Source: Okeania sp.
GTDB taxonomy: Bacteria > Cyanobacteriota > Cyanobacteriia > Cyanobacteriales > Microcoleaceae
DNA length: 32,000 nucleotides
Assembly: GCF_035285525.1 (NCBI RefSeq)
Contig: NZ_JAYKGW010000165.1
Span: 1 to 32,000, forward strand
Direction of reading: 5' to 3'
A model generated the notes under the pieces. That model saw only the letters and a program-made list of their open reading frames with translations, had not been told where the DNA came from and did no database searches. A program made the translations under genes and the position numbers. Positions 1 to 8,906 of the stretch are shown here, piece after piece (positions within the stretch are counted from its first letter, which is position 1; every line of letters starts with the position of its first letter).

Positions 1-2
1 GT

Positions 3-185
3 ATTCAAGAAAATTTGTATGCTGTTATTTTGCTGTTAATGGTGATTCCTCAAATTACTTTTCAGGATATGTATTTTCTCAGAAATCCTCTAGAAAATGA
101 TGTGAAATATCAAGCCAGCGCTCAACCTTTTTTAGTATTAGGAATGTTAATCACAGGTTTAGCTTTAGGTCATGCAGGTGTTTAG
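3..185 (+). CDS. 3' end of a gene entering from upstream; hydrophobic C-terminus of an unidentified membrane protein (partial)
   Basis: The frame is open from the window edge to TAG at 183-185 (..IQENLYAVILLLMVIPQITF..PFLVLGMLITGLALGHAGV*). A strong hairpin follows at 217-249. The family is not recognisable from 60 aa. Confidence 0.35.
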   Translation: MQENLYAVILLLMVIPQITFQDMYFLRNPLENDVKYQASAQPFLVLGMLITGLALGHAGV

Positions 186-216
186 TTTAGTTCAGTTATC
201 AGTTATCAGCCAACTT

Positions 217-249
217 AGAAACCCGGTTTCTTGAAGAAACCGGGTTTCT
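217..249 (+). terminator. Perfect 15-bp-stem hairpin AGAAACCCGGTTTCT-tga-AGAAACCGGGTTTCT; candidate terminator and member of a dispersed palindrome family
   Basis: Arms 217-231 and 235-249 are exact reverse complements, followed by a short T run. The same palindrome recurs at 13065-13097 and 14219-14251. Confidence 0.45.
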
Positions 250-286
250 TTAGGTAACTAAACCTGCTCCCAGTTCCACGGTATGG

Positions 287-344
287 GGGGCGGGTTTATT
301 TAATTTAATATTCATACCGATAAATTTCTTGATAAACCCGCCCC
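287..344. repeat. Inverted repeat GGGGCGGGTTTAT ... ATAAACCCGCCCC (13-bp arms, ~32-nt spacer)
   Basis: Arms 287-299 and 332-344 are exact reverse complements. The GC-rich arms stand out in an AT-rich spacer. Confidence 0.6.
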
Positions 345-446
345 TACATAAATTATTGGGGATTGAGAAAAGAATTTTATGCTATTGTTTGTTGGCAATA
401 AAAACACACCTTATGACTGGGATATAGTAACCCGATTTTATACTGC

Positions 447-1226
447 TCATCGATAATAAAATTCAAAATCTTTTAAAGCCATTATCCTAGTTTTATTTAA
501 ACGATAATGATAACCCATTCTCTTGCGTAACTTCTCCCCATAAGTTGCTTTTGGTTTACTACGAGAAGCATCCCAGTGCTGAGTCACTCCACTAATTTTT
601 TCCCACGCTTCACTATTAATAACCCATCCCACTTTGGCAGCAGCTAATCCCATTAAACTACCTTCTCCAGCGTGCATTCCTCTTAGTTCTGCATACTTAG
701 AAATCTTTCCCCAAGTTTCCAAAAATTCTATTTCTTTACCATTATCTCTAACTATAATAAATAAAGCTTCTCCTATCCAACTAGAATTATTAAATGAATC
801 ATTATCAATATTTAGCTTATCTGCCAACTTTTTCAATATTGGTAAACTATAAGGGCGATATCTAGAAACGTGTTCTACTAAATTTTTATGCCGTCCAGTA
901 ATTCCTGGTTTCCATTCAATATCTTCTGGCAATGATTCTAAAATTCTAGTATCAGCATCTATATATATTGCTACTGGAAATAATGATATTGCTTTCTGAC
1001 AGAGAAATCTTTTATCGTTATAACAATGTAGAATACCTTGTTGATGATATTTAAAAGCCATTACATTTTTATATATCCTAAAATCTTCAGGTTTCTCTGT
1101 ATAAATTACCAATGAAATTCCTGGAGCATTTATTTCCAAGTCTTTAGCTAATTCTTTGGCTATATCGCGATATCTTTGCCCTAGTGCTAAAGTACAAAAA
1201 CAAAATTTTTTTTGTTCCTGAGTCAT
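447..1226 (-). CDS. Uncharacterised DxD protein, putative GT-A-fold glycosyltransferase (paralogue A of 5077-5871)
   Basis: ORF 447-1250. The listed first codon is TTG, so I prefer ATG at 1226 (MTQEQKK..). It shares blocks with 5077-5871: C(F/L)CTLA(L/F)GQ.YR..AKELA, PEDF, YNDKRF and (I/V)DAD..IL. The DAD follows a hydrophobic strand, which fits a DxD nucleotide-sugar site. Confidence 0.7.
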   Translation of the reverse strand: MTQEQKKFCFCTLALGQRYRDIAKELAKDLEINAPGISLVIYTEKPEDFRIYKNVMAFKYHQQGILHCYNDKRFLCQKAISLFPVAIYIDADTRILESLPEDIEWKPGITGRHKNLVEHVSRYRPYSLPILKKLADKLNIDNDSFNNSSWIGEALFIIVRDNGKEIEFLETWGKISKYAELRGMHAGEGSLMGLAAAKVGWVINSEAWEKISGVTQHWDASRSKPKATYGEKLRKRMGYHYRLNKTRIMALKDFEFYYR

Positions 1227-1678
1227 ATTTTTACCGATAAATTTTAACAATAAAAAATACTTAAAGTTATTTGATTTGAATAAGTTGCTTCATCTATACT
1301 CTTAATACTATATCAAGGAAGATCAAATTTTTTCGTTTTTTATTGGAGCTACATCTAAAAAGATGCGTTAACAAGGAAAAGTAATTTTTGAAACCATTTT
1401 TTTTTGTAACTAGGTTTCAAGTACCTCAACCTTTACTATCAAAACACCGATATATTTCTTGATATCCTGAAGCATTAATTTTTAAACTCAATAAACGAAT
1501 CCAAAATACTAACTTCTTTTTCAGTCTTTTATTTATTTTTACAAAAATATTCGGAGAATAATTAATACTTTTTCTTTCTTTTAAAAATCGTAATTATTCC
1601 TCATTAACTTCTTGTTATTTACGCATTTTTGCCAAAGTTAGTCTATCTTTAAAAAATTAATTTTCAAATAGTTACTTT

Positions 1679-1829
1679 TTCTTTGAGCTAATCCATTATT
1701 AATTAGAGTACCTATACCTACAAAACATATTGCTTCATCATTATCAATTAGACTGGGAATTAGTTTTTCCCATAACCAAATATTGAGAGTATCACCAAAG
1801 TTCTTTTATTTGTAATAATAGAGTTTCAT
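1679..1829 (-). pseudogene. Decayed N-terminal remnant of an ExoV-type polysaccharide pyruvyl transferase
   Basis: The minus strand from ATG at 1829 reads MKLYYYK*KNFGDTLNIWLWEKLIPSLIDNDEAICFVGIGTLINNG. This aligns with the intact gene at 6624 (MKLHYFKPSKGNGNFGDNINPWLWEKLIPGFLDEDQTVAFIGIGTLIND). There is an in-frame TAA at codon 8 and further stops downstream. The rest of the gene is not recognisable. Confidence 0.65.
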
Positions 1830-1994
1830 AGGTAATTGACCTTATTAATATATATAACAATAGTTATAGCAAATATTTAAGAATCCATATTGCCAAGAGT
1901 TATAGTTAGCAATAGCTTTTTTCACAAATTTGTACTACTTAGTTCCTTAGTATTTGACTCATCATGTTCTCAAATATTGTTTCCATAAGTTGAC

Positions 1995-2924
1995 TTAATT
2001 TCGTATTTTACTTGTTATGTTTTTGACTTTATCTATAAACCTTTTTCCTAAACTTTTTTTGGTCTCAGTTTTTTGAGGATAGTAAGTAGGTTTAGCTTCC
2101 CCCAAATATCGATAATGCTCCCAAATATCCCAATAAGGGCATCCAGGTTCAATCCGAAAACCTGCCCAATGTAAATATTGTACAGGTTTACCAACTTTAG
2201 GGTCAATCAAGCGATCGCCTTCCCGTTGAAAATGAGAACTACCTGCCCAACTTCCGGAACCTTTACCTTCTGGGAGACGGACTAAGTTCAATCGCCGAGC
2301 AATATGTTTTAAGACAATATAGTTAAAAATTGGCTGATCTGTAGTTTTTTCAGAAAAGTCAAAATATTCGGTATTAGCAGCACATTCAGCAAAAGTTTCA
2401 TATAATTCATCTTCTGTAAACAGGTTTTTCTTTGATGCCCACCAACCACTATTAAATACATCTTGAAGTTGTTCTTCAGTAAATATTTTATCCTCTATAA
2501 CTTTGGATGTAAAGACATTTTTTATCCCACCTAAATATTGATAGTCGCAACACAGAAAATCATAACTTTCCAGATATTTGAGATTATCAATAATTTTTTC
2601 AAAGACAACAATATCAACATCAATATAGAGAAACTCATCGAATGGTCCGAACCAACAAGCTTGTTTTTTTTGTTTATTAGGAGTATTAAAAAAGCCTTCA
2701 CCAAAAATGTTATATAATTTCTGACAAAGATTATCTACAAATTCAAAATCTGGATAAATTTCTACTCCATATTTGCTTGTAACAATTTCTGCTACCTGGT
2801 GATAATTTTCATCAAAAGGAATCATCATAATTGGAATATCAGGATCATGTAACCTGATACTTTTCAGTAGGGCAATTGTGTTATCTAGTACCTTATCATT
2901 AGCAACAATATAAATTCCTTTCAT
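1995..2924 (-). CDS. GT8-like DxD glycosyltransferase-family protein, tandem paralogue 1 of 3 (I recall this family being named Npun_R2821/Npun_R2822-type in cyanobacteria)
   Basis: ORF 1995-2975 begins with TTG. ATG at 2924 gives MKGIYIVANDK, matching the N-termini of the two neighbours. Motifs seen: IALLKSIR..PI..IPFDEN, the DxD YIDVDIVVF, and C-terminal YLHWAGFRIEPGCPYW, which resembles the GT8 HxxGxxKPW motif. Confidence 0.75.
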   Translation of the reverse strand: MKGIYIVANDKVLDNTIALLKSIRLHDPDIPIMMIPFDENYHQVAEIVTSKYGVEIYPDFEFVDNLCQKLYNIFGEGFFNTPNKQKKQACWFGPFDEFLYIDVDIVVFEKIIDNLKYLESYDFLCCDYQYLGGIKNVFTSKVIEDKIFTEEQLQDVFNSGWWASKKNLFTEDELYETFAECAANTEYFDFSEKTTDQPIFNYIVLKHIARRLNLVRLPEGKGSGSWAGSSHFQREGDRLIDPKVGKPVQYLHWAGFRIEPGCPYWDIWEHYRYLGEAKPTYYPQKTETKKSLGKRFIDKVKNITSKIRN

Positions 2925-3138
2925 AATTTTTTCTATAAAACTACCATTAAAAATCCTTGTTATAGTAATTCCCAAGGTTATGAGGTACAGTTTTTTTCTT
3001 CTTTTTCCATTCCCTGTTCTCTAAAACCTAAAATTTTGTAAAATTTTCTACCTCACCAGTATGGGAATTACTATATGTCAATTATTCTAAATTTTCTTTT
3101 ATCTCCCTAGCTACCTTTTTTACTTTATCAATAAATCT

Positions 3139-4014
3139 TCACCCAAGACTTTTTTTCCTCTCTTTCATTTGAGGATATTCAGTTGGTTTAGATTCGCCGA
3201 TGTATCGATAATCTTCCCAGATATCCCAATAAGGACAGCCTGGTTGAATCCGAATTCCTGCCCAATGTAGATACTCTAAAGGCTGATTCAAATTCTTATC
3301 TATCAGTTTATCACCTTCTCGATGAAAATGTGATGTACCTGCCCAACTTCCTGGTGCTTTTCCTGGTCTACGAACAATATTGAAACGCTTTTTAATTAGC
3401 TTCAAAACCATATAATTAATAATTGGTTGATCGGAAGTTTTCTGAGCAAAATCAAAGTATTCTGGTTGAGTTGCACATTCAGCAAATATATCATACAAAT
3501 CCTGTTCTGAAATTAAACCTTTTTTTGATGCCCACCATCCTCCATTGAAAATATCTTTAAGTTCATCTTGACTAAAAACTTGATATATTTCTGGAGTGAA
3601 TACATTTTTAATTCCCCCTAAATGTTGATAATCAAAACATAAGAAACCATATTCATTTAGGTAATTGAGATTATGAATTATTTTATCAAAAACAACAATG
3701 TCTGTATCAATATACAAAAATTCATCAAATTCTCCAAACCAGCAGGCTTGCTTACGAAATTGATTTGGTCTGACAAAAAACTTTTTACCAAAGATTTGTT
3801 GTAGTTTATTTAATAATCTTTCAATCAATTCTAAATCTTCATAGATTTTTACTCCGTAATCTCTGGAAAAACGCTCTTCTACTATTTGAGAATTATCATC
3901 ATAGGGAATTAAAATGATTGGTGTTTCAGTATCATATTTACGGATACTATTTAAGAGGGCAATACCTTGTTCAATTACCTTGTCATTTGCAGTGATATAT
4001 ATGCCACGACTCAT
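3139..4014 (-). CDS. GT8-like DxD glycosyltransferase-family protein, tandem paralogue 2 of 3
   Basis: MSRGIYITANDK.., YIDTDIVVF, YLHWAGIRIQPGCPYWDIWEDYRY. It shares long identical runs with paralogue 1 (KQACWFG.FDEFLYID.DIVVF.KII.NL.YL, GGIKNVFT, GGWWASKK). Confidence 0.8.
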   Translation of the reverse strand: MSRGIYITANDKVIEQGIALLNSIRKYDTETPIILIPYDDNSQIVEERFSRDYGVKIYEDLELIERLLNKLQQIFGKKFFVRPNQFRKQACWFGEFDEFLYIDTDIVVFDKIIHNLNYLNEYGFLCFDYQHLGGIKNVFTPEIYQVFSQDELKDIFNGGWWASKKGLISEQDLYDIFAECATQPEYFDFAQKTSDQPIINYMVLKLIKKRFNIVRRPGKAPGSWAGTSHFHREGDKLIDKNLNQPLEYLHWAGIRIQPGCPYWDIWEDYRYIGESKPTEYPQMKERKKSLG

Positions 4015-4028
4015 AAAACTTTCCTCTC

Positions 4029-5033
4029 TTATTGCATAAATTTTAGCTTCTTGAAAATTCGCTGAAAAAGATTAGGTGTATTTTTATATGGTATTGGTTT
4101 GCCTGTAAATTTTGGTCTTTTTTCCGGTTCATGGAGATAGCGATAATGGAGGAAAATATCTCGATAAGGGAAATCTAAATTTTCTCCTGCACAAACTCTA
4201 GTAAATACTTTAGATGAGACCCCAATGTAGTGTAAATAAGTTAATCTTACACCCTTATCATAAAGTAAATTATCCCGATATTCAAAATGAGGAGAAGTTA
4301 CAGAACAACCAGTTTTTTGTTCTGGGGGTAAATGCAGAGCAAAATTATAAATTGAGGCTTGCGATCGCATCATCATATAATTAATAATTGACTGATCTGG
4401 GCCATTAAGATATAAAATTTCTGATTCTCCAGAATTTAGTTTTTCTAACAACCAATTCCGCTTTTCTTCCGGAAATAAATCTTTTTTAGAACCATACAAA
4501 CCAGCGCAAAATATTTCCGACTCAATCCTTTCTTTACTGAAAATTTCTAGTAATTTAGGTGAATTAACATTGTAAACATGGGTAGGATCTTTATATTGAA
4601 AATCATATACAACTGCATCATTTCCATCTATTTTTTCAAAGAGATAATCGAAAGAATTTAGCACCAATATATCAGCATCCAAGAAAATAAATCTTTCAAA
4701 AGGACTTTCCAAATCAAAAGAGCAAAATCTGCGGTGCATTCCCATCCGGTTCACACCAGAAACCCCTTTTTCCTGCCAACGAGCAAAAGCATTAGGATGA
4801 CTTTCCCAGATTTTTGTCGAGAAGTCTTCCCACCGACTTAATATTTCCTGATTATCTAATAATTGTACATTTTTTCTGTTTTGAATTTCTGGTATAATTT
4901 TATTTAAGCGATCATCATAAGGGATGACACAAACTGGAAAGTCTGGACCAAGATTAACTTCTATACTATTTAGTATAGCAATAAGTTGATCGTAGACAAC
5001 ATCATTAGCGAGAGTGTAAATTCCTGTGGTCAT
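4029..5033 (-). CDS. GT8-like DxD glycosyltransferase-family protein, divergent tandem paralogue 3 of 3
   Basis: MTTGIYTLANDVVYDQLIAILNSIE..PVCVIPYDD, FLDADILVL, YLHYIGV...FPYRDIFLHYRYL. GGAGGAG lies about 8 nt upstream of the ATG. Only 14 nt separate its stop (4029) from the next start (4014), so the two are probably co-transcribed. Confidence 0.75.
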   Translation of the reverse strand: MTTGIYTLANDVVYDQLIAILNSIEVNLGPDFPVCVIPYDDRLNKIIPEIQNRKNVQLLDNQEILSRWEDFSTKIWESHPNAFARWQEKGVSGVNRMGMHRRFCSFDLESPFERFIFLDADILVLNSFDYLFEKIDGNDAVVYDFQYKDPTHVYNVNSPKLLEIFSKERIESEIFCAGLYGSKKDLFPEEKRNWLLEKLNSGESEILYLNGPDQSIINYMMMRSQASIYNFALHLPPEQKTGCSVTSPHFEYRDNLLYDKGVRLTYLHYIGVSSKVFTRVCAGENLDFPYRDIFLHYRYLHEPEKRPKFTGKPIPYKNTPNLFQRIFKKLKFMQ

Positions 5034-5076
5034 TCAATTTCTCCTCCATACTGAATGAAATTCAATTTTTGTGAAT

Positions 5077-5871
5077 ATGAAAAACGAAACCATTGAAAAT
5101 CCAATTTCCTACTGTTTATGTACTTTAGCATTTGGTCAATCATATCGAATGGCTGCCAAAGAATTAGCAACTAAGGCTGCAGAATCAGGAATCAGATTAA
5201 CTGTTGCTACAGATGAGCCAGAGGATTTTAAAGACCATTATAATGTTACTGCACTGAATTTTACTAGAACCAGTATCTGGAAACCTTATAATGATAAAAG
5301 ATTTGCTGTGGCTGCAGCTTTAAAAGACAATGAATGTGTAATTTTAGTAGATGCTGATAGTAATATACTAGCAGAATTGCCAAAAAAAATTAATGTTGAG
5401 CCAGGAATGACTGCATACACAGCTTATAAATCACTTGAAGAAGACTTGATTCTGCACCATGCCCAAGAAAATTTAGAAGGGTTTCGTCAATTAGCGAAAA
5501 AACTCCATATAGATTTAGCTCAGACAAAATGGGTAGCTGAAAATTTAGTTATAATCAGGAGAGATGGTGGCAAGGAATGGCAATTTCTAGATACATGGGC
5601 TTTTGCTGACCGATATTTGGGTATTAGAAAAGTATTTCAAGGGGATCATGGTTTTATAGGAGTTTCTGCTGCTTCCGTAGGTTGGCAAGTGAAGCGCAAT
5701 GATGATTTTAATCAACTTAAGTCCATAATCAAAAATATGGGTCGCGATAGTTTAGAAAAACGGACAAAACCAACTTATCTAACAAAAACCAAAAGCAGAA
5801 TAATGTTTCATTATCTCTACTACAAAGCTTTATTCAATTCATTATTGAATTATGACAAGTATTGGTCTTGA
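5077..5871 (+). CDS. Uncharacterised DxD protein, putative GT-A-fold glycosyltransferase (paralogue B of 447-1226)
   Basis: ORF 5071-5871 begins with GTG, and an ATG follows at 5077. It carries the same motif blocks as 447-1226 (YCLCTLAFGQSYR..AKELA, PEDF, YNDKRF, VDADSNIL). It is divergent from 4029-5033 with only ~40 nt between the two starts. Confidence 0.7.
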   Translation: MKNETIENPISYCLCTLAFGQSYRMAAKELATKAAESGIRLTVATDEPEDFKDHYNVTALNFTRTSIWKPYNDKRFAVAAALKDNECVILVDADSNILAELPKKINVEPGMTAYTAYKSLEEDLILHHAQENLEGFRQLAKKLHIDLAQTKWVAENLVIIRRDGGKEWQFLDTWAFADRYLGIRKVFQGDHGFIGVSAASVGWQVKRNDDFNQLKSIIKNMGRDSLEKRTKPTYLTKTKSRIMFHYLYYKALFNSLLNYDKYWS

Positions 5872-6623
5872 AAATTTTATTTTGTTAGAATGAGGCTAAA
5901 AGTTAATTTTTACTACCCTAAAATAACTCAAATACTTCAAATTTTCCTAAAGAGACACAAGATAGTTATTGATTTGATTTGATTTTTCGGTTTTGGTGAA
6001 TCAAGCTATGATATCTAAATTGGAGTAAATAGAAAATGCGTTTGAGTTAATAGTTAGGCGCTCGTTATTGTAGCACAATCATAGCCAAAATCACCAATAC
6101 TTATTTTTTCCTTCTGATACTTTTGGTGCATCTATCTAATCTAGTTTAAGCAAGAAAGACTGATTCTAGAATCTTGAGAAGGTAAGTTATATTTAGGTAT
6201 CATTCCTAAATATAAAACACGCATCCTAGAGTTAAAATCTCTAGAGAACCTTATAGCTATCTAAAAAGTCAATATTATCAGGAAAAGGACTCGGCCACTT
6301 GAAAAGAAACTTCAATATTTTCAGTAGTCAGTTAAAGTAGGCGTTAAGATTTAGTATTATGTAACAATGTTTCAACCTCCACTCAAGTAAAATTCTTGGA
6401 TAAATTTGGAGTTAATTTGTAAATCTTAATACATTGACCCAGTGTGCAACTCTCTACGAAAATCAACGGCTTATAGAACCCATTTTGGTTCTATAGAAAT
6501 CTTTATGTTCCCACAGCAAATCAAACAATTATTGCCAGGAACATGATCGACTTTAATAATTAAGTCCTAGTGAATTTTGCAGTAATGAAGTGATAATTTA
6601 ACTTAAATTTAGTCAAAAAAATT

Positions 6624-7511
6624 ATGAAATTACATTACTTTAAACCCAGTAAAGGCAATGGTAACTTTGGAGATAATATTAATCCCTGGCTTTGGGAAAA
6701 ATTAATTCCTGGTTTTCTAGATGAGGATCAAACAGTAGCTTTCATTGGAATAGGTACATTAATTAATGATTCCCTACTACTTAGCACTTCAATGGCTAAA
6801 AAAAGAATTATTTTTAGTACAGGAGTAGGGTATGGAGAACTTTCTACGATAAACATAGATAGTTCTTACCATATTTATTGTGTAAGAGGTCCATTATCAG
6901 CCTTCAAACTAGGATTATCATTAGATTATGCAGTTACAGATGGTGCTATTTTAGTGAAAAATTTTTTTGATTATAATCTGAAAAAAAATCGCAAATATTC
7001 CTATATGCCTCATCATAATTCAGTTAATCAAAATTGGAAAATTCTTTGTCAAGAATTAAATATTAGTTATATAGATCCATCGCTACCAGTTGAAGAAATT
7101 TTCAGGGAAATTGCACAAACAGAAATATTATTAACTGAAGCAATGCACGGTGCTATTATTGCAGATACATTTAGGGTTCCTTGGATTCCTATTGTTACTC
7201 GTGATGGTATTCTACTATCCAAATGGATAGATTGGTGTTTTTCAGTGGGATTAGAGTATAGACCTAAACATTTACCCCACTTACATTATCATCAATCGTA
7301 TAAAAAAGATTTAATTACTCCCATGAGAAATGTTAAATATTTGTACCAAAATTGGAATCATAGAAAAGATATTTTGCAAAAATTTCATAAAATAATTAAG
7401 GAATCAAAACCTTGTTTAAGTAGTAATTCAAAGCTAAATGAACTAAGCGATAAATTAGAGGAAAAAATGAATCTCTTGATTAGTGACTATCGCTCTGGAA
7501 AATTTGAATAA
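6624..7511 (+). CDS. Polysaccharide pyruvyl transferase family protein (ExoV-like)
   Basis: The N-terminus MKLHYFKPSKGNGNFGDNINPWLWEKLIP and the later LLTEAMHGAIIADTFRVPWIPI are characteristic of ExoV/CsaB-type pyruvyl transferases. Confidence 0.75.
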   Translation: MKLHYFKPSKGNGNFGDNINPWLWEKLIPGFLDEDQTVAFIGIGTLINDSLLLSTSMAKKRIIFSTGVGYGELSTINIDSSYHIYCVRGPLSAFKLGLSLDYAVTDGAILVKNFFDYNLKKNRKYSYMPHHNSVNQNWKILCQELNISYIDPSLPVEEIFREIAQTEILLTEAMHGAIIADTFRVPWIPIVTRDGILLSKWIDWCFSVGLEYRPKHLPHLHYHQSYKKDLITPMRNVKYLYQNWNHRKDILQKFHKIIKESKPCLSSNSKLNELSDKLEEKMNLLISDYRSGKFE

Positions 7512-8768
7512 TATTTTTAACTATACAAACAAAGGGTAAAGGGAAAAAAACGGTTTGACATTTTTTTTCTTTAACCTTCTACTTATGGAGATAGGGAATA
7601 GGGAGTAGTTAGGAGTTAAGAGAAAGTAGGAGTTATAGAGGAGTTAGCCGGAAAAAGAGTAAGAGTGATTCTTCTATCCTAGTCAGCCAAAAATGATCAA
7701 TTTTTGATTTTTCACCGATTTCTCGGGAACCGTACCCTACCTCAGTAGCCTAAAAGTTAGGACTTTTTGATACCTAAAATTTCCAAAACCTTTACTGGCA
7801 AAACTGTTTAGATTTAATCAGCTCATAATTCAGGTTTGCTGAAAAAGTATTTTTGTCAGGGGAGAAGCTAGAATCGAGAATCCAGGAGGAATGAAAATTA
7901 TAGAATAGGTAGTCAGAATAGTCTTTAGAGTGATTTTCTCCCCTATCTCGCCCAAAATCCTAGAATGCATGATTTTTCGCGAACCGTACCGAAATTACCA
8001 CTGAAACTGGTACTTTATTAGTTGCCAAGCTTGAAATCTTTATCTTTCAATGCTTTGATATTTAATCAGCCAGCTCTAATTAGAATTGATTAGAATTGTT
8101 AAAAATTGGCTCAAATCTCAAATACCCTTCACTAAGGACTTAAGTAAAAAACTAACTGCGAAAAAATGGCCTAACAAGTCAATTGTATAGCGCTGCGGGT
8201 AGGGAACAGGCAACAGGCAAGAGGAAGAATGAATAGCCTATAATATAAGGTTTTTAGCTATTGGACACCTCCAGTAATTTGTAAATATTAAGTGCGCACA
8301 TTGCTATAGTATTCTTTTTAACAAGAGAATGTGTTAAGCAAGGATATGATGTGAAAATTTTCACTAATTGTGAAGATAAAGAGGGTATTTATGGAGTAAT
8401 TAATATATTATTAACTCTGACAAAATTAACTGGTACGATACCTTTAATACTTTAATTATTTGGAAGTTTCCTAACATATTACCCTCCTATACCAACCCTA
8501 AAAGAACCTGGTTGGACTGCCATAATATTATTATTTGTGATCCTAATATTTTGAGCTAGGTATGATAAAAATTCTACTAAAAGTTATTATCACCTTAATT
8601 TATTGCTAGACATACCTGATAATAAACTTGTAATTATAAAAAGCACTGCCGATTCCTCTATTTTAGAACTAAATAGGGTTTTGGGAAAAAGTCTTTTTGT
8701 ATTTGGTAGGGAGTGGGTAGTAGGGAGTAGGGCAAAAAAGTGGATCAAGCTGAAAATTTATTTTCTTT

Positions 8769-8803
8769 ATACCTGTATATGTAAATAAAACATATACAGG
8801 TAT
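8769..8803 (+). terminator. Orphan intrinsic-terminator-like hairpin (13-bp perfect stem plus T-rich tail) with no credible upstream gene
   Basis: ATACCTGTATATG (8769-8781), 9-nt loop, CATATACAGGTAT (8791-8803), then TTTGATTATTTT. On the minus strand the tail would be A-rich, so it is oriented for the plus strand. Confidence 0.5.
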
Positions 8804-8906
8804 TTTGATTATTTTCCGGATTTAGGAAATCTTTATTGAAAGATGAAAGAGAATAGTGAAACTTTTCAATATTCTACTGGTAGTTTTAATTAAGGATCCA
8901 TAATTA

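Noticed and set aside
8603-8788. ORF 8603-8788 (+, 61 aa)
   Set aside because: It has a TTG start, runs through a GGGAGTAG STRR, ends inside the hairpin loop and has no RBS. A real micro-protein cannot be fully excluded.
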